Below, piece after piece: positions 1-9,234 of a stretch of DNA of 64,000 bases. Each line of letters begins with the position of its first letter. Positions within the stretch are counted from its first letter, which is position 1. Position numbers and translations under genes: made by a program. The notes under the pieces are model-generated. The model was not told where the DNA came from. It saw nothing but the letters and a program-made list of their open reading frames with translations, and searched no databases. Source of the stretch: an uncultured Gemmatimonadaceae bacterium (GTDB taxonomy: Bacteria; Gemmatimonadota; Gemmatimonadetes; Gemmatimonadales; Gemmatimonadaceae); contig CAVUDW010000002.1 in NCBI GenBank assembly GCA_963740355.1, positions 256,001-320,000 of the forward strand, read 5' to 3'.

Positions 1-2
1 AC

Positions 3-518
3 TCGCCGGGCGATCAGCGGTTGGTGGCGTACGTCGTCCCGGCCGAGGGCGCGGCCGTGGCCTCGGAAGGGCTGCGTGCCCTGTTGCGCTCGCGGCTGCC
101 TGAATACATGGTGCCTGCGACGATCGTCCCGTTGGCCGAGCTGCCGCTCACGCCGAACGGCAAGATCGATCGGAAGGCGCTCCCGGCGCCGGCCGCCGTG
201 CGACCCGCTGCCGCGACCGCGTCTGACACCGTCATGACCGATCCGCAGCGTCGTGTTGCCGCCATCTGGCGCGACGTGCTCCGCATCGAGCACCTCGGCG
301 TCGACGACAACTTCTTCGACCTGGGCGGACACTCCCTCCTCGTCGTGAAGGTGCATGCGGCCCTCCGACGTGAGTTCCAGAAGGAGCTCACCCTCGTTGA
401 CCTCTTTCAGCATACGACCATTGCTGCGCAAGCCACTCTCGTTTCGTCCGAGGCCACCGATCGTGGCGCGTCCGTCCAGAGGGCGCGCGCACGCGCGGCT
501 CGGCAAGTCCATGTCTGA
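3..518 (+). CDS. NRPS C-terminal fragment (end of A domain + PCP), 5'-partial
   Basis: Frame open from position 3 (SPGDQRLVAYVV). Has LPEYMVP, the A10 motif LPLTPNGKIDRKAL and the PCP motif DNFFDLGGHSLL. True stop may be at 555 (see findings). Confidence 0.93.
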   Translation, partial: SPGDQRLVAYVVPAEGAAVASEGLRALLRSRLPEYMVPATIVPLAELPLTPNGKIDRKALPAPAAVRPAAATASDTVMTDPQRRVAAIWRDVLRIEHLGVDDNFFDLGGHSLLVVKVHAALRREFQKELTLVDLFQHTTIAAQATLVSSEATDRGASVQRARARAARQVHV

Positions 519-551
519 GCAGTCGCTGCGGCGTGCACAGGGAGTCGAGGC

Positions 552-3500
552 GTGAGCACCGACCACGTCGCGTCTCGCCGCGCAATTGCCATCGTCGGCA
601 TGAGCGGTCGCTTTCCGGGCGCCCACTCGTTGCAGCAGTTCTGGCAGAATCTGCGCGACGGCGTGGAGTCGCTGGAAACGTTCACCGACGATGAGCTGGA
701 GCAGGCCGGTGTCACCGCCGCGATGCGTGCGCTCCCGGGATGGGTGTCGCGTGGCACCGTGCTGCAGGACGCCGACCACTTCGATGCGGGCTTCTTCGGC
801 TACTCGCCGCGCGAGGCCCAGATCATCGACCCACAGCAGCGGCTCTTCCTCGAGTGCGCGTGGGAAGCGATGGAGCACGCCGGCTACGCCGGTGAGCCGG
901 ACGGACTGACGGTCGCGATCTACGCTGGATCGAGCATGAACACCTACGTCTACAGTCAGTTGCTTCCGAACAAGGAGCTGTTGGCGTCGGTGGGTGGCTA
1001 CCAGGTGATGTTGGGTAACGACAAGGACTTTCTCACCACGCGTGCGTCGTACAAGCTCGACCTGCATGGCCCCAGCATGGCGATCCAGACGGCCTGCTCG
1101 ACGTCACTGGTGGCGGTACAGGTCGCGTGCCAGTCGTTGCTGCGCCGCGAGTGCGACATGGCGCTGGCCGGCGGGGTCTCGATCACCTTCCCGCAGCGCA
1201 CCGGCTATCAGTTCCAGGAGGGGATGATCTTCTCTCCGGATGGGAGCTGCCGACCCTTCGATGCGGATGCGAAGGGAACACGCTCAGGCGCCGGCGCCGG
1301 GATCGTGGTACTGAAGCGGCTCGAGGATGCGCTCGCCGACAACGACACGATTCACGCCGTGATCCTTGGCGCAGCGATCAACAACGATGGCGCTGGCAAG
1401 GCGGGCTACACGGCGCCGAGCATCGATGGTCAGGTGGAAGCGATCGCCACGGCGCAGGCGCTTGCCGGCGTGGCACCGGAGACCATCTCGTACATCGAGG
1501 CACACGGCACGGCCACGCCGCTTGGCGATCCGATCGAGATCGCCGCGCTGACCCGCGTGTTCCGCGAGTCGACGGATGCGACGGGGTTCTGTACGATCGG
1601 ATCGCTGAAGGCGAACCTCGGTCATCTCGATGCGGCGGCCGGTGTGGCTGGGCTGATCAAGACCGTGCTGGCATTGCGCAACCGTGAGCTCCCACCGCAG
1701 CTCAACTTCCGCGCGCCCAATCCGCAGTTGCAGCTCGAGGCCTCGCCGTTTCGTGTGGCCACGACGCCGGAAGCCTGGGTCGCCGGCGCCACGCCGCGGC
1801 GCGCCGGGGTGAGCTCGTTCGGCATCGGCGGCACGAACGCCCATGTCGTGCTCGAAGAAGCTCCGGCCATGCTGCCGAGCGCCACGTCGCGTGACCGCCA
1901 CCTGCTGGTCGTCTCGGCAAAGTCGGCGGAGGCACTGGAACGGGCGACGACCAATCTGGTCGATGCCCTGCGTCGAAATGATGCGCCCGCGCTCGCTGAC
2001 GTCGCGAACACCCTCCAGATCGGCCGCCGCGTCTTTGCACACCGCCGGAGTGTCGTCGCGCGCGACGCGGCCGAGGCGATCGCGTTGCTCGAGGCACCCG
2101 ATAGGGCACCGGTGGCAACCGGCGTACACGACGGTGCGTCACGGCCGGTTGCATTCCTGTTCAGCGGCCAGGGCAGCCAGCATGCGGGGATGTGCGCCGA
2201 GCTGTATCGCACCGAGCGCGTCTACCGCGCGGCCGTCGATCGGTGCGCCGAACTGCTGCAGCCGCATTTCGGGCGCGACGTCCGGGAGTTGCTGCGCGAT
2301 GGCAGCGATGGTGAGCTGAGCGAGACGTACGTCGCGCAGCCGGTGCTGTTCACCACCGAGTATGCACTGGCCGTGCTCTGGATGTCGTGGGGCGTGCAGC
2401 CGGCGGCGATGCTTGGCCACAGCATCGGGGAGTATGTCGCGGCGCACCTGGCCGGTGTGCTGTCGCTCGAGGATGCGCTGTTGCTGGTGTCGGCTCGTGG
2501 GCGGTTGATGCAGGGCATGGCGGCGGGCGACATGCTCGCCGTGCGACTGGCGCCAGCTGACCTGCGCGCCCGCTTGCGTGATGGCGTCGAGATCGCGGCG
2601 GTGAATGCCCCCGCGCTCTGCACCGTGTCAGGCACGCCGCACGCCATCGACGCATTGGCGGCAGAACTCGAGCTGGCCGGCATCGAGCATCGGGCGCTGC
2701 ACACCTCGCACGCCTTCCATTCGGCGATGATGGAGCCGGCGCTGGCGCCATTCCGTGAAATCGTGTCGCGTGTGACGCTGTCACCACCGCGGCGCCCCTA
2801 TGTCTCGAACGTCACCGGCACCTGGATTCGTCCCGAACAGGCGACCTCTCCCGACTATTGGGCGGCACACCTGCGGAACGCAGTGTTGTTCGCCGATGGT
2901 GTGAAGACGCTGAGCACCGATCCGACCATGCAGTTGCTGGAAGTGGGACCGGGCAATGCACTCACGTCGCTGGCGCGGCTCACCCTTGGGCGCGACGATG
3001 CCACGCGCGTGATGGCCTCGCTGCCCCATCCGCGCGAGAAGCGCAGTGAGCTCGAGACCATGCTCAGTGCCGCCGGTCGCTTGTGGGCGAATGGCGTGGC
3101 GATTGACTGGTCTGGGTTGCACGCCGACGAATCGCTGCATCGTGTGCCACTGCCGACTTATCCCTTCGAGCGGAAGCGGCATTGGGTCGATGCCCCGAAG
3201 GGCGACGCGACGGCCGCAGCGGGCAGTGTGTCGATGCGACGCGAGCAGCTCGACGATTGGTTCTACACGCCGACCTGGACGCGCGCGCCGTTGGCGCGCA
3301 CGCGGCTCTCGGCATTGGACGGCACCTGGCTCATCTTCGGCCGCGGCGATGCGTTGGAGCAGGCGGTGGCGGACGGAATGCGCGAGCGTCAGGTCTCCGT
3401 CATTCATGTGCACGAGGGCCCGGAGTTCGCGGTCGCAGGTGCCGACCGGTTCACGGTGCGCGCCACCGATGCCAGGGATCACGGCGCGCTCCTCAAGGAG

Positions 3501-5126
3501 TTGAGTCAGCGCGGTGTGATCGTGCGGGGGGTGCTGCATCTCTGGAACGCCGGCGCGCACGTTACCGTCTCCCACGATCGCGATTGCGCGCTGCATGCGC
3601 TGGCCGCGCTCGGTCGCGCGCTGCTGGTCGAGTCGCCATCGGCGCAGGTCCGCCTCGTGGTCGCCACGACCGACGCGCAGAGTGCGCTCGGTGAACCGGT
3701 GGCGAACCCGGATCGGGCGTTGGTGAGCGGACCGGTGCTGGTGCTCCCGCTGGAGCACGAGGGGGTGCGCGCCAGCACCATCGATCTCGACCCCGTGCTG
3801 GCAGACGGCTGGGCGTCGAGTGCGGCGGCGGCGTTGCTTGATGAGGCGGCGAGCGACGATGCCGACCAGATGGTGGCGCATCGGGTGGGCCAGCGGTGGG
3901 CGCGGCGCTTCGTGAGCGGGTCGTTGCCGGCGGTTGCATCGAAGGCGCTGCCGCTCACCGAGCGTGGTGTCTACCTCGTGACGGGTGGCTTGGGCGGCAT
4001 CGGCGTCACGCTGGCGGAGTGGCTCGCGGCCCAGGTGTCCGCACGCCTGGTGTTGACGTCACGCACGGCGATGCCCCGTCGCGAGGAGTGGGACGGCTGG
4101 GTGTCGGAACATGGCGCGGACGACGCGACGACCCGGCGCATCCTCGACATTCGCAGGATCGAGGCGGCCGGTGGCGAGGTGGCGGTGCTGGTGGCCGATG
4201 TCGCCGACGAGGCCGAGATGCGGACATCCCTGGCAACGGTGGAAAATTCGTGGGGTCCGGTGCGCGGTGTGGTGCACGCAGCAGGTGTCTCTGGTGATGG
4301 GTTGCTGGCGCTATCAACTGCTGATGATGCCCGCGTCGCGATGGACGCGAAGGTCGCAGGGCTCGATTGCCTGCTGGCGCTGCTCGGCGATCGGACGCTG
4401 GACTTCGTCCTCCTCTGCAGCTCGATCAATGCCGTGGGCGGTGTGGCCGGCACCTACGCCTACACCGCCGCCAACGCCTACCTCGATGCCTTCGCCATCT
4501 CGAGCCGGCGGCCCGCAGGGTGGTCGACGCTCTCGATCGCCTGGGATGCCTGGCGCGAGGTCGGGATGGCCACGAAGGTCGTCGTCCCCGCCGCGATGCG
4601 AGCGGCCCGTGCCGCGTACGTCGCCGCCGGCATCCCTCCGCGTGATGGTGCCGAGGCGTTCGGGCGCGCGCTCGCCAGCGGCCTGCCGCTGCATGTCGTG
4701 TCGCCATACGACGTGGAGCGCCTGCTCGAGGGTCGCCGCCGCGCCCATGTGCGCCCCGATCGCGAGGCCGGGACAGAGGCCGCAGCGCCGGCCGCCGAGT
4801 CCGTACCCAGCGAGCGGGTTCGGTCGTCTTCGCATGCTGCCCCAGAGGGCGACATCGAGGAGCGACTGGTATCGGTCTGGGAGGACCTGTTGGGTGTGAC
4901 CACCGTAGGCGTTCACGACAATTTCTTCGAGCTCGGCGGCCACTCGCTCCTGGCCACACGCGTGCTGGCTCGGATCGATGGCTTCTTCGGTGTGCGGCTT
5001 CCGTTGCGCGCCGTGTTTGAGGCGCCCACGATCCGACAGCTGGGCCAGTTGATCGCCGCCGAGGCGCTCGCGACTGCCACCGAAGCCGCTGCGCCTGCCG
5101 GCGATCGTGAGGAGTTCGAGCTGTGA
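552..5126 (+). CDS. Hybrid-type PKS module KS-AT(malonyl)-KR-carrier (PCP-like), accepting a peptidyl intermediate
   Basis: KS has GNDKD and QTACSTS (typical of a KS following NRPS modules), EAHGTAT and GHLDAAAG. AT has GHSIG and HAFHS. KR has TGGLGGIG and YTAAN. Carrier FFELGGHSLL. C-terminus REEFEL. Confidence 0.95.
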   Translation: MSTDHVASRRAIAIVGMSGRFPGAHSLQQFWQNLRDGVESLETFTDDELEQAGVTAAMRALPGWVSRGTVLQDADHFDAGFFGYSPREAQIIDPQQRLFLECAWEAMEHAGYAGEPDGLTVAIYAGSSMNTYVYSQLLPNKELLASVGGYQVMLGNDKDFLTTRASYKLDLHGPSMAIQTACSTSLVAVQVACQSLLRRECDMALAGGVSITFPQRTGYQFQEGMIFSPDGSCRPFDADAKGTRSGAGAGIVVLKRLEDALADNDTIHAVILGAAINNDGAGKAGYTAPSIDGQVEAIATAQALAGVAPETISYIEAHGTATPLGDPIEIAALTRVFRESTDATGFCTIGSLKANLGHLDAAAGVAGLIKTVLALRNRELPPQLNFRAPNPQLQLEASPFRVATTPEAWVAGATPRRAGVSSFGIGGTNAHVVLEEAPAMLPSATSRDRHLLVVSAKSAEALERATTNLVDALRRNDAPALADVANTLQIGRRVFAHRRSVVARDAAEAIALLEAPDRAPVATGVHDGASRPVAFLFSGQGSQHAGMCAELYRTERVYRAAVDRCAELLQPHFGRDVRELLRDGSDGELSETYVAQPVLFTTEYALAVLWMSWGVQPAAMLGHSIGEYVAAHLAGVLSLEDALLLVSARGRLMQGMAAGDMLAVRLAPADLRARLRDGVEIAAVNAPALCTVSGTPHAIDALAAELELAGIEHRALHTSHAFHSAMMEPALAPFREIVSRVTLSPPRRPYVSNVTGTWIRPEQATSPDYWAAHLRNAVLFADGVKTLSTDPTMQLLEVGPGNALTSLARLTLGRDDATRVMASLPHPREKRSELETMLSAAGRLWANGVAIDWSGLHADESLHRVPLPTYPFERKRHWVDAPKGDATAAAGSVSMRREQLDDWFYTPTWTRAPLARTRLSALDGTWLIFGRGDALEQAVADGMRERQVSVIHVHEGPEFAVAGADRFTVRATDARDHGALLKELSQRGVIVRGVLHLWNAGAHVTVSHDRDCALHALAALGRALLVESPSAQVRLVVATTDAQSALGEPVANPDRALVSGPVLVLPLEHEGVRASTIDLDPVLADGWASSAAAALLDEAASDDADQMVAHRVGQRWARRFVSGSLPAVASKALPLTERGVYLVTGGLGGIGVTLAEWLAAQVSARLVLTSRTAMPRREEWDGWVSEHGADDATTRRILDIRRIEAAGGEVAVLVADVADEAEMRTSLATVENSWGPVRGVVHAAGVSGDGLLALSTADDARVAMDAKVAGLDCLLALLGDRTLDFVLLCSSINAVGGVAGTYAYTAANAYLDAFAISSRRPAGWSTLSIAWDAWREVGMATKVVVPAAMRAARAAYVAAGIPPRDGAEAFGRALASGLPLHVVSPYDVERLLEGRRRAHVRPDREAGTEAAAPAAESVPSERVRSSSHAAPEGDIEERLVSVWEDLLGVTTVGVHDNFFELGGHSLLATRVLARIDGFFGVRLPLRAVFEAPTIRQLGQLIAAEALATATEAAAPAGDREEFEL

Positions 5127-8100
5127 GCAACGCGACCTTCGCACTGCTCGATCAGCTTCGTGCACTCGACGTGCATGTCCGCGCCGAGGACGGTCGGCTT
5201 CGCATCAGCGCGCCGAAGGGCAGCCTGACTCCCGCGCTCGAAGCCGCATTGGTGGCAAGCAAGGCGGAGCTGCTGAAGGTGTTGACGGCCGCCCCTACGG
5301 CGGCGGCCACCTCGACGCCGGTGCTCTCGCCGGTGCCACGGATCGGGACGCTCCGGCTTTCGTACCTGCAGGAACGGCTCTGGGTGCTGGACCAGCTGCA
5401 GCCCGGGCACACGGCGTACAACCTCGCCACGGCGTCGAGCGTGATCGATCCGCTCGACATTCCGCGACTGGTGGCTGCGTCGCGGCGCCTCATCGCGCGG
5501 CATGAGATCCTGCATTCGCACTTCGTGCTCGATGGGTCGTCGCCCGTGGTGCGGGTCGCGCCCGCCGACTCTACCAGGATCGACGTGCGTGACCTGCGTG
5601 GGCTGGCGGTTGAGGAGCAGCAACGCGTGGTGTCGGCCGCCGCGAGTGTCGCAGCGCATGCACCGTTCGATCTCGCGCACGAATCGCCCGTTCGGATCGA
5701 GATCCTCCAGACCGGTGACACCGCCGGAGCATTCGTCTTCTCCGCGCACCACATCGCCGTCGACTCATGGTCGATGGGGCTATTGATGCAGGAGCTGACG
5801 CGAGAGTACGAATCGCTGGCTGCTGGGCAGTCGCCGCCACGTGAGCCCGAGCCGCTGCAGTACATCGATTTTGCGCAGTGGCAACGTGCGGTGATGGAAG
5901 GCCCGGGGGCGCAGGCGCGACTCAAGTTCTGGACCGATCGTCTCGCGGGGCTGCCGCAGATGAGCACCTTCCCGACGGATCATCCACGACCGATCGATGT
6001 CTCGGGCGTTGGCATGGCGTACGATTTCGCCTGGTCGCCGGAGCTCTATGATGGCGTGAAGGCCATGGCGCGCGACCTCGATGCGACGCTGTACATGATC
6101 CTGCTGGCGGCCATGGCGTCCGTCTTGTCGCGCAATACGGGACAGACCGACATTGCGCTCGGTAGCCCGCTCGGAACCCGCGAGCGGTCGGAACTGGAGG
6201 CCATGATCGGACCGATCGTCAATCCGCTGGTGATGCGATTCGATCTTTCCGATGATCCGCCGTTCGCGACGCTGGTGAAGCGTGCGCGCGAGGCCGTGCT
6301 GGACGGACACGCGAATCAGGACGTTCCGTTCGAGACGCTGGTGCAGCAGCTCAATCCGGATCGCTCGCTGGGACACGCACCGCTCTTTCAGGTGGCGGTG
6401 GTGCAGCACAGCGCGCCCAACGCCGGTGGCACCGCCATCACGGGCGGCGGTGCGATCTACGACGTGACGATGTTTGCGACCGAGCATCATGGCATGCTGA
6501 CTGGCGCGCTCGAGTATCGCTCGGACCTGTACGATCCGGCGACCATCGCGCGCGTCGATTCGCAGATCCAGTCGTTGCTGATGGCAGCGGCACGCGACCA
6601 CCAGCGTCGCGTGTCGGAGCTCCCCTTGCTGACGCCTGCTGAGTCAGCGCGGCTGCTGCACGAGTTCAATCCCGCGCCGGCCGACGTGGATCGGACGACG
6701 GTCGTCGCGCAGTTCGCCCGGACGGCCACCGCGCACGGCGCGCGCGGTGCGGTGCTGGCCTCGGACGGAACGCTGACGTACGCGGAGCTGGATCGCCGCT
6801 CCAACCTCGTCGCTCATGCCTTGCGCGCCGCAGGCGCAGGCCGTGGCATGTACGTCGCACTCGCCACCGATCGATCGAGCGCCATGGTCGTCGGTGCGCT
6901 CGGGATCCTGAAGGCTGGCGCGGCCTATGTGCCTGTGGATGTGGCGTACCCCGCCGATCGTGTGGCCTTCATGCTGCGCGACAGTGGTGTGCAGCACATC
7001 GTGACGACCGAGGAGGCGCTGCAGTCGATTCGCGACCTCCAGCTCCCGTCGGCGGTGATCAAGGTCGATGAGTTGGTCAGCTCCGACGCGGTGGCACCGA
7101 CCATTGCAGTGGCCGATGGCCCCACGCCCGAAGACGTGGCCTACCTCATCTACACGTCGGGCTCCACCGGGACACCGAAGGGTGTGATGGTGCCGCATCG
7201 CGCCATGAGCAACTTCCTCGGCGCGATGCGTGAACGGCCCGGCATCTCGCCGGATGACGGCGTGATGTGCGTGACGTCGATGTCGTTCGACATCTCGGTG
7301 CTGGAAGTGTTCCTGCCCCTGGTCAGTGGTGCCCGCACCATCATCGCGGCGCGCGAAGATGCCAGCGATGGCGCGCGCCTGGCGGAATTGATCCGACGGA
7401 GCGAAGCGACCATGGTCCAGTCCACGCCGTCGGGGTGGCGACTGTTGATGAACGCGCGGTGGTCGGGCGATGAACGTGTGACCGCGATCGCGGGCGGCGA
7501 GCCAATGCCTGAGGACCTCACCCGCTGGCTCACGGAGCGCGTCCGGCGGGTGTGGAACGGCTACGGTCCGACCGAGACCACGGTCTATTCGACGATGGCG
7601 CTCCTGACCGGCAGCGACATGATCACGATCGGAACGCCGGTCGCCAACACCCGCGTCTACGTACTCGACGCCGGCGGGATGCTGGCACCGATTGGTGCGC
7701 CGGGCGAGATCGTCATTGGCGGCGACGGGGTCACGCTGGGTTACCGCAACCGTGCCGACCTGACAGCTGAAAAGTTCGTGCCCGACCCCTTCCAGCCTGG
7801 TCAGACGGTGTACCGCACCGGCGACATCGGGCGGTGGAGGTCCGACGGCCGCCTGGAGCACCTCGGCCGGATCGACGGGCAGGTCAAGGTGCGCGGATAT
7901 CGCATCGAAACCGGTGAGATCGAGGCCGCGCTGTCGACGCACGAGATGGTTCGCACCGCGGTCGTCGGTGTCCGTCACGCGTCGGCCGACGATCCGCGCC
8001 TGGTGGCGTGGGTCCAGCTGCATGAAGAGGACTCGTGCACCGCCAGCGAGCTGCGGCGGCACCTCCGCCAGATGCTGCCGGAATTCATGATTCCGTCGAT

Positions 8101-8452
8101 GGTGGTGCTGGTCGAGTCATTCGTCCTCACGCCCAACGCCAAGATCGACAGCAAGGCGCTGCCGGAACCGTTTGCACACGCGAAGTTCGCGCCGCATGAG
8201 TTCGTTGCGCCGGCGACCGACTCGGAGAAGATGATTGCCGAGGTCTGGACCCGTTTGCTTGGGGTACCACATGTGGGTGCTTCCGACAGCTTTTTCGAGC
8301 TTGGCGGCCATTCGCTGCTCGCGATGCGTGCAGCGAGCGAAATTTCGGAACGGAGCGGTCGAGTGATCGAACCGCGCCTGCTCTTCTTCCGCACCCTTGG
8401 CCAGCTGGCCGAAGCGTGTGATGCCACGATCCCAGTTGCCGGACGCACGTGA
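5123..8452 (+). CDS. NRPS module: N-terminal TubC-like beta-hairpin docking domain-C-A-PCP, no thioesterase
   Basis: N-terminal LRALDVHVRAEDGRLRISAPKGSLT docking pattern. C domain HHIAVD. A-domain motifs YTSGSTGTPKG, YGPTETT, YRTGD, QVKVRGYRIE. PCP FFELGGHSLL, then a short tail. Confidence 0.95.
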   Translation: MSNATFALLDQLRALDVHVRAEDGRLRISAPKGSLTPALEAALVASKAELLKVLTAAPTAAATSTPVLSPVPRIGTLRLSYLQERLWVLDQLQPGHTAYNLATASSVIDPLDIPRLVAASRRLIARHEILHSHFVLDGSSPVVRVAPADSTRIDVRDLRGLAVEEQQRVVSAAASVAAHAPFDLAHESPVRIEILQTGDTAGAFVFSAHHIAVDSWSMGLLMQELTREYESLAAGQSPPREPEPLQYIDFAQWQRAVMEGPGAQARLKFWTDRLAGLPQMSTFPTDHPRPIDVSGVGMAYDFAWSPELYDGVKAMARDLDATLYMILLAAMASVLSRNTGQTDIALGSPLGTRERSELEAMIGPIVNPLVMRFDLSDDPPFATLVKRAREAVLDGHANQDVPFETLVQQLNPDRSLGHAPLFQVAVVQHSAPNAGGTAITGGGAIYDVTMFATEHHGMLTGALEYRSDLYDPATIARVDSQIQSLLMAAARDHQRRVSELPLLTPAESARLLHEFNPAPADVDRTTVVAQFARTATAHGARGAVLASDGTLTYAELDRRSNLVAHALRAAGAGRGMYVALATDRSSAMVVGALGILKAGAAYVPVDVAYPADRVAFMLRDSGVQHIVTTEEALQSIRDLQLPSAVIKVDELVSSDAVAPTIAVADGPTPEDVAYLIYTSGSTGTPKGVMVPHRAMSNFLGAMRERPGISPDDGVMCVTSMSFDISVLEVFLPLVSGARTIIAAREDASDGARLAELIRRSEATMVQSTPSGWRLLMNARWSGDERVTAIAGGEPMPEDLTRWLTERVRRVWNGYGPTETTVYSTMALLTGSDMITIGTPVANTRVYVLDAGGMLAPIGAPGEIVIGGDGVTLGYRNRADLTAEKFVPDPFQPGQTVYRTGDIGRWRSDGRLEHLGRIDGQVKVRGYRIETGEIEAALSTHEMVRTAVVGVRHASADDPRLVAWVQLHEEDSCTASELRRHLRQMLPEFMIPSMVVLVESFVLTPNAKIDSKALPEPFAHAKFAPHEFVAPATDSEKMIAEVWTRLLGVPHVGASDSFFELGGHSLLAMRAASEISERSGRVIEPRLLFFRTLGQLAEACDATIPVAGRT

Positions 8453-9234
8453 ACCTGCTGTTTTTTGGATCCTCGAGCCGACAGTTGTTCGGCGCGTATC
8501 ACACGCCTCCGGTGTCGGTTCCGGGGCGTGGCGCTGCGCTGCTCTGCCCACCGTGGGGGCCGGAGTATCTGGTGTCGCATCGGATCTTTCGCCGACTCGC
8601 GGTGCGACTGAGCGAGAGCGGGTATCACGTGTTGCGGTTCGACTACTTCGGAACGGGTGACTCGGCCGGGGACCGCGAAGACGGGGACCTGAGCACGTGG
8701 CAGTCGGACGCTGAGACTGCGCTCGAGGAGCTGCGCGACATGTCCGGGTTTCCGACGGTGGCGGTGTTTGGCATTCGCCTCGGAGCAGTGGTCGCCTGGC
8801 GCCTGGCGACGACGCGGCGTGATGTGCACACCGTGGTGCTCTGGGACCCGGTCGTCCATGGTGATCAGTACCTGCGCGAGATGGTGATGGCGCAGCGCGA
8901 GACGGATCGGTGGTCGCTGACCCCAGTGCACCGCCGCGATTCGGTGGAGAGTGTGCAGGATCTGCTTGGCTTTCCCATGACCGCAGCGATGCGTCGCACC
9001 ATCGACGCCATCGACACCGACGAGTTCACCGCCACCACCGCAGCGCACGTGAAGCTGTTCTATTCCGACGAGTTGCCTGGGCAGCACGACCTGCATGATG
9101 CGTTGCGGTCCAGCGGCACGCCGTTCCACGAAGAAACGGTGCGCGGCCAGACGCCGTGGCGTGAAGACGAGGGCATTGGCGCCGGCGGCCTGCCGGTGCT
9201 GGTGCTCGAGCGCATGGTGGAGATCCTTCGATGA
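8449..9234 (+). CDS. Alpha/beta-hydrolase-fold protein with Arg at the nucleophile position (GIRLG), resembling exosortase-associated hydrolase 2
   Basis: LRFDYFGTGDSAG motif, elbow GIRLGA at 8770-8784, VLWDPV. GTGA overlap with the NRPS stop. Confidence 0.85.
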   Translation: MNLLFFGSSSRQLFGAYHTPPVSVPGRGAALLCPPWGPEYLVSHRIFRRLAVRLSESGYHVLRFDYFGTGDSAGDREDGDLSTWQSDAETALEELRDMSGFPTVAVFGIRLGAVVAWRLATTRRDVHTVVLWDPVVHGDQYLREMVMAQRETDRWSLTPVHRRDSVESVQDLLGFPMTAAMRRTIDAIDTDEFTATTAAHVKLFYSDELPGQHDLHDALRSSGTPFHEETVRGQTPWREDEGIGAGGLPVLVLERMVEILR

